A DNA stretch of 24,912 nucleotides. It comes from a bacterium. Lineage in GTDB: Bacteria > Babelota > Babeliae > Babelales > RVW-14. Where the stretch lies: NCBI GenBank assembly GCA_043822925.1, contig JBDRBF010000006.1, positions 1-24,912 on the forward strand, written 5' to 3'. A program made the translations under genes and the position numbers. Below the pieces are notes generated by a model that saw only the letters and a program-made list of their open reading frames with translations, was not told the origin of the DNA and made no database searches. Shown here piece by piece: positions 16,568 to 24,912 of the stretch (its first letter is position 1; every line of letters begins with the position of its first letter).

Positions 16568-18013
16568 TTAGATTTTTTCCCAAGAGCCGGCAAAATTTTG
16601 TTTAACCAAGCCATCAAGCTGCAAACAAAACAACTTATCTTGTAACTCGGCAAAACTTAAACCAGATTTTATCGTTAATTCGTCCAACGTATGCATACTA
16701 TCAAAATGAGCTAAAAACGGGTCGGAATAAGGCTTGGATCCCAGATCAAGTCTGGGATGACAAGAATTTGATACTTGTGCAGGCGCAGAGACAGAAACTC
16801 GAACCTGGTTATAAACTTTTACTGGCTCGTTATTTTTTTGAGAGATAATAGACTCCTGAGAGCCGTAATCTTGGTGCGCAGCAAGAGCCGTACCAGATAC
16901 ACTCGCAGCGCCAGCCGTACAATCATACTCACCAAACTCACCCAAAATATCAGAGACATCTTTAACCAGTTTAGCACCATGATCAAGCAATTTATGGCAT
17001 CCATCACTTAAATCATTAAATATAGACCCTGGGACTGCAAACACCTGTTTGCCCTGTTCAAGCGCAAATTCAGCCGTAATTAACGCGCCACTTTTTTGCG
17101 CAGCCTGAACAATAACACAGCCCTGAGATAAACCAGCTATAATGCGATTGCGCGCAGGAAAAGTCGTTTTATCTGGGGGCATACGCAATGGGAAAGATGA
17201 AACAAGCGTACCGCCACTGGCTACTATTTTTTTGAAAAATTTTTTATTTTGTTCCGGATACGGCTTCAAAAGACCTGAGCCCAGCACAATTATTGTTTTT
17301 CCCCCAGCATCGTGTGTTGCTTTATGGGCCATACTGTCAACGCCTAACGCCCCACCACTTACTATTTCCCAGCCGTTATTAACTAACCCTGGAACCAAAT
17401 GGTCTATTACTTGCGCTGCGTACTTATCAGCTTTACGTGCACCAACAAACGCGATACGTTTGGGGGTATATGGCTTGGATCCTGGATCCCCTTCGACCCC
17501 CTTCGACAAGCTTACACCTACGCCAAGGCTACGGTGCACAGGCAGGGTGAGCGCCTCAGGGTGAGCACTGGTCCCGGCAGTAACGGCGCCCAAAGAGCCG
17601 CCCTTACTGTACAACAATAACGGTGGCTGATTAATATTTCTGAGTAGTGCTGGGTATTCTTGATCAAGAATTGTATCAATGCGTATCGTATATTTTTCGA
17701 TAAGCTCTAATTCTTCTTCAAGCAATTTTTTATCTGTAAGCCCCTGGTGCAAAATAGTAGCTATTTTTTCTGAAAGACCAATTTTGTTTCTAAAATCAGC
17801 AACAGAAAAAGTATAAATTTGTTCAAACGATAACGTATCAAGATACTCGATTTTATCCCGAAAAATATCACAGGTTTGCGATTGGCTGGATCCTGACCGA
17901 TCACGCAAAAGATCGTTAACATGTAACAGGTATGCAATTAACTTGCATACCGTTGCCGGACCTATACCTGATATTAATGATAAGTGTAATAACGTTTGTC
18001 TATTTTGTTTCAT
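16568..18013 (-). CDS. dprA: DNA-processing protein DprA carrying in-frame palindrome-derived insertions
   Basis: YPALLRNINQPP, IAFVGAR, IVSGGALGVDSMAH, FPARNRIIAGLS, SGALITAEFALEQG, VFAVPG; C-terminal winged helix. Confidence 0.95.
   Translation of the reverse strand: MKQNRQTLLHLSLISGIGPATVCKLIAYLLHVNDLLRDRSGSSQSQTCDIFRDKIEYLDTLSFEQIYTFSVADFRNKIGLSEKIATILHQGLTDKKLLEEELELIEKYTIRIDTILDQEYPALLRNINQPPLLLYSKGGSLGAVTAGTSAHPEALTLPVHRSLGVGVSLSKGVEGDPGSKPYTPKRIAFVGARKADKYAAQVIDHLVPGLVNNGWEIVSGGALGVDSMAHKATHDAGGKTIIVLGSGLLKPYPEQNKKFFKKIVASGGTLVSSFPLRMPPDKTTFPARNRIIAGLSQGCVIVQAAQKSGALITAEFALEQGKQVFAVPGSIFNDLSDGCHKLLDHGAKLVKDVSDILGEFGEYDCTAGAASVSGTALAAHQDYGSQESIISQKNNEPVKVYNQVRVSVSAPAQVSNSCHPRLDLGSKPYSDPFLAHFDSMHTLDELTIKSGLSFAELQDKLFCLQLDGLVKQNFAGSWEKI
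16734..16763 (-). repeat. Family A 30-mer inside the dprA coding sequence
   Basis: Exact reverse complement of 4995-5024; read as CHPRLDLGS(KPY). Confidence 0.95.
17472..17577. repeat. Four-level nested palindrome A[C[C[B]]] inside dprA
   Basis: GGCTTGGATCCTGGAT[CCCCTTCGAC[CCCCTTCGACAAGCT[TACACCTACGCCAAGGCTACGGTGCACAGG]CAGGGTGAGCGC]CTCAGGGTGAGCA]CTGGTCCCGG. Confidence 0.88.
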
Positions 18014-18021
18014 ATATTTTG

Positions 18022-18067
18022 CCTGCCCTTCGTAGCTACAAGCCGTAAGGCAAAGAGCGTAGTAGGG
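18022..18067 (-). repeat. Family B-like element with an enlarged loop
   Basis: CCTGCCCTTCGTAGCT...AGCGTAGTAGGG; begins with CCTG, the reverse complement of the CAGG end of B units. Confidence 0.7.
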
Positions 18068-18079
18068 TCAAAAACCAGA

Positions 18080-18129
18080 TGCTTCGACAAGCTCAGCATG
18101 AGCGCTCTCCCTAAGCTTGTCGAAGGGTA
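18080..18129. repeat. Family C inverted doublet immediately downstream of gyrA
   Basis: TGCTTCGACAAGCTCAGCATGAGCGCTCTCCCTAAGCTTGTCGAAGGGTA; arms CTTCGACAAGCT/AGCTTGTCGAAG. Confidence 0.88.
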
Positions 18130-18134
18130 TTCCC

Positions 18135-20927
18135 TTATAAATCTGTATCGTCGTCAGCACCTGCATCAAACATACTGCGCTGTTTTATTTCTTTGGCTGC
18201 AACTTCAAAATCATCCTGTAATGCTGTACGATTTGAACTTGCTGAACGCTTCTGACTATTATCAAGACTGTCTTCAGAATTTTCTCCTGAATCTTCTTGC
18301 AAGTCAGCATCAAAATCGTCTTGAACATCTTGATCGTCCTGATCATCTAAACTATCTTGAGCATCAAGAGCTTCTAGATTACCCAAAAACTGCTCACCAT
18401 CAGCTTCTTGCCCGAACAATTTATCACCAGCGACCATTTTTTTGTCGCCAGGTGTCACGTCTTCATCATCATCTTCTTCTTGTTCAAACGTAAGCACCGC
18501 CGAAAGTGTTTGCCCTGCATCAAGTCTGACCAGTCTTACACCTTTTGCTTGTCTGCCCATTGTACGTACTTCTTGCGGTGAAAGACGAATAATCTTACCA
18601 TTTGTATCAATCAATAAAATCTCAGAATTTTCAGTTACACGCACAAGCGCAATAACTTCACCATTACGGCCACCGGTTGGAATAGTTCTAACACCAAGCC
18701 CACCACGGTGAGCAACTCTGAAATCAGAAATTTTAACACGTTTACCATAACCCTGTGATGTACCAAACAAGAGCGTGTCTTGTTCGCTAACCACTTCAAG
18801 CCCAACAACAAAGTCATCTTTTTTCAATTTAATACCACGCACACCAGCGGCTTGACGGCCCATTGACCGGATTTCATCTTCTTTAAAATGAATACCTTGG
18901 CCCATGCTAGTTGCAATAACAATTGAATTAGTACCTGAGCTAATCGCACAAAAAGCAAGCTCATCACCTTCATGCAAGTTAACCGCTCTAATACCGGTAC
19001 TACGCACTTTAGCAAATGCCATAGCGTCTGTTTTTTTAATTGTACCCTGACGCGTTACCATGACTAAGAATTTATTTTCCATGCCACGAGTACACAAGAG
19101 TCTAACAACTTTTTCACCTTCAGAGAGCTGAAGCAAGTTAACAATAGCACGGCCTTTTGATGTTCGAGAACCTTCTTGAACTTGGAATACTTGTAAGCTA
19201 AATACACGGCCAGTATTTGTGAAGAACAATAATTCATCGTGATTTTTAGCAACAAAAGCATCTTGCATTAAGTCGTCAGAATCATCAAGATCTGCCATAC
19301 CCTTCTTGCCTTTGCCACCACGTCTTTGTACTACGTATGTTTCAAGAGGCACGCGCTTGATATACCCCTTGCGTGTTAACGTAACAACCATATCATCATC
19401 AGGAATAAGATCAGCTTCACTCAAAATATCGACCGCGTCTTCTATCTTAGATTTACGCGCATCACCATATGTTTTTTTGACTAACTCCAACTCTTCAACA
19501 ATAACTCTACGCAATTCGTTTTCATCACGTAAAATAAGCTCAAGTTTTGCAATTAATATACGTAATTCTGAAATTTCGCCATAAATTTTTTCTTGTTCTA
19601 ACCCGGTCAAACGTTGCAATTTCATATCAAGAATAGCTTTTGCCTGCTCAAGAGAAAATTTGCACTTTTCTTGCAAAACTTCACATGCTTCTTGCGCGGA
19701 CTTTGACGCTTTAATAAGCAAAACAACATTATCGATATCGTTTAAAGCAAGAATAAAACCATCTAACAAATGTTCTCGATACTTGCTTTTAGCAAGATCA
19801 AACTCTGTACGCCGAGTGACAATCTCTTTACGATGCAACAAAAAGTGATCAAGCACTTCACGCAACGTAAAAAGCGCCGGACGATTTTGAAAGAGCGCAA
19901 GTAAAATAATAGACATCGAAGACTGAAGCGCCGTATGTTTATACAGCAAATTCAACACAACTTGTGGGTTCTCTCCACGTCTCAATTCAATAACAAGACG
20001 AATCCCTCCACGCGCAGATTCATCACGAATATTAGAAATTCCATCAATAATTTTATCTTTAACAAGATCAGCAATTTTTGTAATAAGATCTGATTTGTTC
20101 ACCTGAAATGGAAGCTCTGATACGACCAAAACCGGAGAACCTTTTTTCTCTTCTTCAACATCAATAACGCCACGTATGACAACGCGTCCATGACCGGTGC
20201 GATACGCTTTAACAATACCAGAACGACCACAAATTATACCGCCCGTTGGAAAATCAGGTGCTGGAATAATATCGAAAATTTCTTCATCTGTAATAGCGGG
20301 ATTCTTTAAAATAGCCAAACACGCATCAACAACTTCTGTTAAATTATGCGGCGGAACTGAAGTCGCCATACCAACAGCAATACCGGTCGAACCATTTACG
20401 AGCAAATGTGGAATTTTGGCAGGAAGCAATGTTGGCTCAGTACGAGATTCATCAAAGTTTGGAACAAAATGAACCGTATTTTTTTCTATATCATTAAGCA
20501 TTTCACGGGCAATCTTGGCCATACGCACTTCTGTGTATCGCATTGCAGCTGCGTTATCACCATCGATAGAACCCCAGTTACCCTGTCCATCAAGCAACGG
20601 GTATCTTTTTGAAAACTCTTGAACCAAGCCGACCATTGTTTGATAAATTGCAGCATCACCATGCGGATGATAATTACCAATTACTTCTCCAACAACAGTA
20701 GCTGATTTACGATAAGCTTTATCGTTATAATATCCAAGTTTATGCATCGCGAACAAAATACGGCGATGAACAGGCTTCAACCCATCCCGCACGTCAGGGA
20801 GAGCTCGACTGACAATTACTGACATTGCATAGTCAAGAAATGACGTCTTTAACTCTTTTTCTATTGAAAGTAACGCAACACCAGATTTTGGTTTATTATC
20901 AACTGTCGTATCGTTATCTGCAGCCAT
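18135..20927 (-). CDS. gyrA: DNA gyrase subunit A
   Basis: RALPDVRDGLKPVHRR, YHPHGD, AAAMRYTE, GyrA-box QRRGGKG, beta-pinwheel repeats. Start set to ATG 20927 (GGGGGA RBS). Confidence 0.98.
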   Translation of the reverse strand: MAADNDTTVDNKPKSGVALLSIEKELKTSFLDYAMSVIVSRALPDVRDGLKPVHRRILFAMHKLGYYNDKAYRKSATVVGEVIGNYHPHGDAAIYQTMVGLVQEFSKRYPLLDGQGNWGSIDGDNAAAMRYTEVRMAKIAREMLNDIEKNTVHFVPNFDESRTEPTLLPAKIPHLLVNGSTGIAVGMATSVPPHNLTEVVDACLAILKNPAITDEEIFDIIPAPDFPTGGIICGRSGIVKAYRTGHGRVVIRGVIDVEEEKKGSPVLVVSELPFQVNKSDLITKIADLVKDKIIDGISNIRDESARGGIRLVIELRRGENPQVVLNLLYKHTALQSSMSIILLALFQNRPALFTLREVLDHFLLHRKEIVTRRTEFDLAKSKYREHLLDGFILALNDIDNVVLLIKASKSAQEACEVLQEKCKFSLEQAKAILDMKLQRLTGLEQEKIYGEISELRILIAKLELILRDENELRRVIVEELELVKKTYGDARKSKIEDAVDILSEADLIPDDDMVVTLTRKGYIKRVPLETYVVQRRGGKGKKGMADLDDSDDLMQDAFVAKNHDELLFFTNTGRVFSLQVFQVQEGSRTSKGRAIVNLLQLSEGEKVVRLLCTRGMENKFLVMVTRQGTIKKTDAMAFAKVRSTGIRAVNLHEGDELAFCAISSGTNSIVIATSMGQGIHFKEDEIRSMGRQAAGVRGIKLKKDDFVVGLEVVSEQDTLLFGTSQGYGKRVKISDFRVAHRGGLGVRTIPTGGRNGEVIALVRVTENSEILLIDTNGKIIRLSPQEVRTMGRQAKGVRLVRLDAGQTLSAVLTFEQEEDDDEDVTPGDKKMVAGDKLFGQEADGEQFLGNLEALDAQDSLDDQDDQDVQDDFDADLQEDSGENSEDSLDNSQKRSASSNRTALQDDFEVAAKEIKQRSMFDAGADDDTDL

Positions 20928-20995
20928 CCAAGTCCCCCTTCCTAAAGAAAAAAGCAAAAATTACAACTCTGATTTTTTTAATTTTCTATCTTTTA

Positions 20996-21025
20996 TTGTC
21001 ATCCCAGACTTGATCTGGGATCCAA
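20996..21025 (+). repeat. Family A 30-mer upstream of gyrA
   Basis: Identical to 4995-5024. Confidence 0.95.
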
Positions 21026-21143
21026 ATATTTAAGTCACCAAGATACCCTGATTTATGCCTTAAAGCAAGAATTGCCTCTCTTTTCAGAGTAAAAAAAACA
21101 ATCGAAAAGCACCTAGGATCCTCACTAAATTCTCTTCTCCCCA

Positions 21144-22997
21144 TCAAGCTGCGCAACCAGCTTCACGCCTCACTTCAACAACCGTGCCCTGCCCCAAAAC
21201 AATCGATGCATTCAAACCAAGATCAAACACCTGTGCTCTAACGTTCTTAAATACAACATTAGTAAATGTAACGGTCACGTTATTATCAAGAAAAATAGAA
21301 CTCAAAACGCTTTCACCACACGTAATACTATGTCCCTGGCCATCAAATACAGTATTTCCTACAAAATATATAACGCCATGTTCAGGACAAACATATAAAT
21401 CACCTGTCGCGTTATATACAGGCCCTGTAATAAGTAAATCACCAAGAACATTGGCACTGACATCGCCCTTTAAGCACGAACAACGTAATGCATTATTACG
21501 CAGACCTAAATCATGCAAATATATATCACTATCTGCCCTATATTCATCATCCAAAAATAAATCACTAATAGACCGTGTATCAAAAGCATTATTAATATAC
21601 GGACACGTTACAACATTCTGCCGTACACTCACAACTGCATCACTCGTTTGCTTTACCCAATCAGGCAAACCCCCAGGACCAGACTCAGCAAGCACAACAA
21701 TCGCATTACTATTTTGCACCGAAAGAGCCACTGACACCCCCCCTGAAACAATCGCATTACTATTATTTTTTATATCTTCTGTGTTCTTCACGATCGCATT
21801 ACTATTTGCTCTCAGACCGTATATTAATGCATTACTATTTTGCCGAGACAAACCGTTAATACAAGAAATTGCCCCACTATTAAGCAACGCAATATTCGCC
21901 GTCGAAGCGCCCCTATTTGCCGGAACAATATTATTACTATCACCAAAACTTGCCGTATCATACTCAAGCGTTATGCCATCAACCGTCAATGTACCATTAA
22001 GCGTAAAAATTAAATTCTTATCACGCGTAATAATACGCGATGAGCCCTCAACATAAAATCCACCACTCGTTACCGAATAATTATTTGCAAGTTCTATATC
22101 AGCATGAGACAGTCTTATTTGAGACGTACTATCATCAAAAACAATACTTCCATAACCACCATCACCAAGCCCCTTAAGTTTAATATCTGTAAGATATAAT
22201 TTAGTGCCAGAGCGCACCCGAATAGAACCGGTAGTACCAAGATCAAGAATATTGCCATTGCCAATTATATGTGCCTCTTTTTCAACCCCTATCCCATCAA
22301 ATGTCCATATACCAGAAAGTGTTACTCTTGAATTTAATATAATATCAGAAGCATCATTCCAAAGTACCGTCTCCGTCATGTGAATATCTTTGCCACCAAA
22401 GCTCACACGTTTATTATTTAAATTTACAACGCCAACGCCATCAAATCTTTTTCCGTCACCAAAATTAAGATCATCAACAAGCGTTACGGCACCCCCAGCA
22501 AGCTTAACAAAACTTGTCAGCTTACCCTGAACCCCAAGCGATAATGCAGTTGCGCCATCTTGCAACTCTATATTTGGCAAACTAACCGTATCATCAGCAA
22601 ACGTAAGTTGACCCAATATTTTATTTCCCGTGCTCCCAACCAAAACTCTTTTGGACAAGTTACCACTGCCGACGTTAAGCGTTTTGTCTCCATCAAGCGT
22701 AATTTGCTGAGAACCAGAACTATTATAAGTCCCCTTAAAAAACGCAGCTGTATCCTGAACACGTAAAACACCCCCATCAAAACCAATAGTGCTTCCAGAA
22801 ACTTCACCCTCCTGATGCAACGTACCAGTCCAACTGGATAACACAGGAACCATGACCAGCCGTCCGCCAGGAGTCACATGCATGGTTGCCGACTGATTAG
22901 AAAAATTAAATGAAGCAAAAACAGCCGGAGAAAAACAACCCAGAGAAATAAAAAATAATATTTTTTTTAGGTAATTATTCTTAGATAACAAGCCCAT
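21144..22997 (-). CDS. Secreted Gly/Asn/Thr-rich beta-solenoid-like protein with NSNA-repeat segment
   Basis: AAGGAG RBS; signal peptide ending ...PAVFA; beta-strand/Gly periodicity; four NSNA(I/L) repeats. Confidence 0.8.
   Translation of the reverse strand: MGLLSKNNYLKKILFFISLGCFSPAVFASFNFSNQSATMHVTPGGRLVMVPVLSSWTGTLHQEGEVSGSTIGFDGGVLRVQDTAAFFKGTYNSSGSQQITLDGDKTLNVGSGNLSKRVLVGSTGNKILGQLTFADDTVSLPNIELQDGATALSLGVQGKLTSFVKLAGGAVTLVDDLNFGDGKRFDGVGVVNLNNKRVSFGGKDIHMTETVLWNDASDIILNSRVTLSGIWTFDGIGVEKEAHIIGNGNILDLGTTGSIRVRSGTKLYLTDIKLKGLGDGGYGSIVFDDSTSQIRLSHADIELANNYSVTSGGFYVEGSSRIITRDKNLIFTLNGTLTVDGITLEYDTASFGDSNNIVPANRGASTANIALLNSGAISCINGLSRQNSNALIYGLRANSNAIVKNTEDIKNNSNAIVSGGVSVALSVQNSNAIVVLAESGPGGLPDWVKQTSDAVVSVRQNVVTCPYINNAFDTRSISDLFLDDEYRADSDIYLHDLGLRNNALRCSCLKGDVSANVLGDLLITGPVYNATGDLYVCPEHGVIYFVGNTVFDGQGHSITCGESVLSSIFLDNNVTVTFTNVVFKNVRAQVFDLGLNASIVLGQGTVVEVRREAGCAA
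21703..21839 (-). repeat. Four GCATTACTATT units encoding NSNA
   Basis: Copies at 21703, 21754, 21796 and 21829. Confidence 0.85.
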
Positions 22998-23011
22998 CGA
23001 GACGCTCCTTT

Positions 23012-24493
23012 TTAAATAAGACTAAGAATACCTGACTTAACATCAAGTGAGCCACCAGCAAGAATATCAATATTTTTAATTGCTATCGACTCAGAGAGAC
23101 TTGTTGCACCTGTGTTTTCCAAGAAACTTTTATTTGCGACCATAAGAGTCCCATCTATAAGCCTAAATCCTGTTGTCGTCACGCTCAATGTCGCATTATC
23201 AAGCCACAACGTAGACGTCTCATCTGCCATATTAATAAGCGTACTATCAGCCACCGGTGGGGCATAGTTAAACGTACCATTTTTCGCTAAATAAACAGAT
23301 GCATTTGAAGCGATAGTACTTTGCTGATCTGTCGCATAAGTAAGCGTTTTGGCCCCAACAATCTTAAGCTGATCGAGCACATTAAAAAAACCTGTATCTA
23401 CAACAAAGTCATCAGACAAAACAAGTTTTGTATCTTTAAATAAAAAAGAACAACTGTTATTCAAACAACGTAAATTTTTATCAGAAAGTCCCGCGATTGT
23501 AATATTCTCAAACAAAAGAGAAGAGCCAGACTTATCGACATTTATCTTTCCAAGTGAGCCCAAAGTAAGTGTTTGCCCGTTACCCCTCAGAACACACGCC
23601 CCTTCAAAGCTCCACGTACCAGTAAGCGTTTCGTCTTTAGCAAGCTCTATAGTTGTACGATTACCAAAAACGATCGCCGTCGATGGGTCTGTTGCAATAT
23701 GCTGCGGTGAAAAATTTCTCAGCACAATCTCTTCCAACATAACGGTCGCCCCTGTAGCAATATAAATAATTGGATAAGGAGCTGGAGTAAGAGAGATAGC
23801 ATGATAGTTCCCGCTCAAATTTGTATCACCATCAAAATAAAGTTTTCTGTCTGCTGATACATCTGTTTGACTCGTAAGAACATTGTTCCCTGAAAAATGA
23901 TAATCTCCCTCTGGCCCTGGCGGGACCACAGGATGAGGACCATTATCTTCATACGTAATATACGCAACTTGGTTTTTGAGTGTTCCACTCGCCGTAAATT
24001 GTTTACCATTAAAAACATCTATTCCAGTACTATTTTGAGCCTGCACAACAAGAACCTCCGCAACGTCATCATAAAGCGGTTCTATAAAACGTATAAGTGG
24101 CGCATCTATGAATTTTTCAGCCAAAACATCAAAAGATGTTACGGTTCTTAACTGAAGAGCGCTATGCAATATTCCATCTACGCAAAAAAATAAAATTTTT
24201 GATTTACACTGACCGGATAAAAGAAGCGCATCACTCCCAGGGTCATGCAGATCTGCTATATATGTTATATCAAGCATACAAAAAAAAGGACTCGTTGAAC
24301 CTGCAGTCATGGCATAGGCTGGAACAGGTATTTCTACAAGTGTTATTGGATCACTATCAATTGGACAATCCGGGTAGTTATCAGTCTCCGAGGTACGCGT
24401 AAGACTATTTTTAATATCGAGCCCCCTCCCCTCAAAACCTAAACAAAAAAACATAACAAGAAAACTCAAGAAAAAAATCTTAAAACAACTCAT
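23012..24493 (-). CDS. Secreted beta-solenoid-like protein sharing modules with the downstream gene
   Basis: Hydrophobic N-terminus; LTGTWSFEG..LRGNGQTLTLG aligns with LSGIWTFDG..IIGNGNILDLG. Start 24493 preferred because AGGAG abuts the 24502 ATG. Confidence 0.8.
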   Translation of the reverse strand: MSCFKIFFLSFLVMFFCLGFEGRGLDIKNSLTRTSETDNYPDCPIDSDPITLVEIPVPAYAMTAGSTSPFFCMLDITYIADLHDPGSDALLLSGQCKSKILFFCVDGILHSALQLRTVTSFDVLAEKFIDAPLIRFIEPLYDDVAEVLVVQAQNSTGIDVFNGKQFTASGTLKNQVAYITYEDNGPHPVVPPGPEGDYHFSGNNVLTSQTDVSADRKLYFDGDTNLSGNYHAISLTPAPYPIIYIATGATVMLEEIVLRNFSPQHIATDPSTAIVFGNRTTIELAKDETLTGTWSFEGACVLRGNGQTLTLGSLGKINVDKSGSSLLFENITIAGLSDKNLRCLNNSCSFLFKDTKLVLSDDFVVDTGFFNVLDQLKIVGAKTLTYATDQQSTIASNASVYLAKNGTFNYAPPVADSTLINMADETSTLWLDNATLSVTTTGFRLIDGTLMVANKSFLENTGATSLSESIAIKNIDILAGGSLDVKSGILSLI

Positions 24494-24912
24494 TACCAAC
24501 ATCTCCTGATGGCTGATAGCTACATCAAAAAGGTCCCTCAGTAAAATATAATTCCCCTTATTTATATTTTATTGGCACTTAGGTTCGTCAATATTTTAGA
24601 ATAGCTATAAGAAAAAAGTTGAATTAAATTGTTACAAAGATAAAGTAAAATTTAAGCTATTCCGTTCAACTTAATTCTAATAAACACTAACAAATAAGCA
24701 AGCGTAATAAAACAGCCCGCCACTAAAACGTCAGGGCTCATCGTAAAACACGCATTTTAAAGAACAAGTGACGCATATTAATTTGGAGAGCTCATCAACA
24801 ACAGTCCTAACATCCAGAGAGAATAAAAAGCAATAACAATAAATTTAAACTACAAAAGATAGCTAAATCCAAAAAAACTAAAACATCCGGTTAAATTTTT
24901 CTTAAAAAAAGA

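Noticed and set aside
20928-20957. TTG-started GyrA extension
   Set aside because: It contains the RBS for ATG 20927.
21184-22056. 290-aa antisense ORF
   Set aside because: It is a shadow of the 617-aa gene and shows no motifs.
24599-24677. Crossed 8-bp complementarities (GAATAGCT/AGCTATTC and AAGTTGAA/TTCAACTT) suggesting a pseudoknot
   Set aside because: The stems are short and AT-rich in very AT-rich DNA, so they are compatible with chance.
1-24912. tRNA, rRNA, transposase or integrase genes
   Set aside because: No recognisable cloverleaf, rRNA or DDE/HUH/tyrosine recombinase motifs were seen; the GC-rich intergenic hairpins are the palindromic repeats.

Overview
AT-rich bacterial chromosomal segment. 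It is most consistent with a protist-associated intracellular lineage such as Ca. Dependentiae/TM6, an inference from the Chlamydia-like yhhQ-tgt pair, many secreted orphans and NSNA-repeat beta-solenoid-like proteins. Housekeeping genes (pgsA, yhhQ, tgt, murB, maf, dprA, gyrA) flank a ~6.5 kb accessory block: an AAA/PD-(D/E)XK protein, an AAA-DUF4143 protein fused to a VanX-like D,D-dipeptidase domain, a small secreted orphan and an AbiEi/AbiEii type IV toxin-antitoxin pair. The most striking signal is three families of short palindromic elements (called A, B and C here) that insert into each other Russian-doll fashion at six intergenic sites. They have also inserted in frame into dprA, where they encode extra peptide. 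Other points of interest: an amidase-like gene split by an A10 run whose -1 frame opens exactly at the run, a membrane-anchored SAMHD1-like HD protein, a secreted EreA/Tiki-fold-like protein, a queuine-salvage-type TGT, GyrA with both quinolone-contact residues substituted, a 33-bp-period repeat array, and a duplicated pgsA 3' end. All family assignments come from motif recognition by eye; no searches were run.
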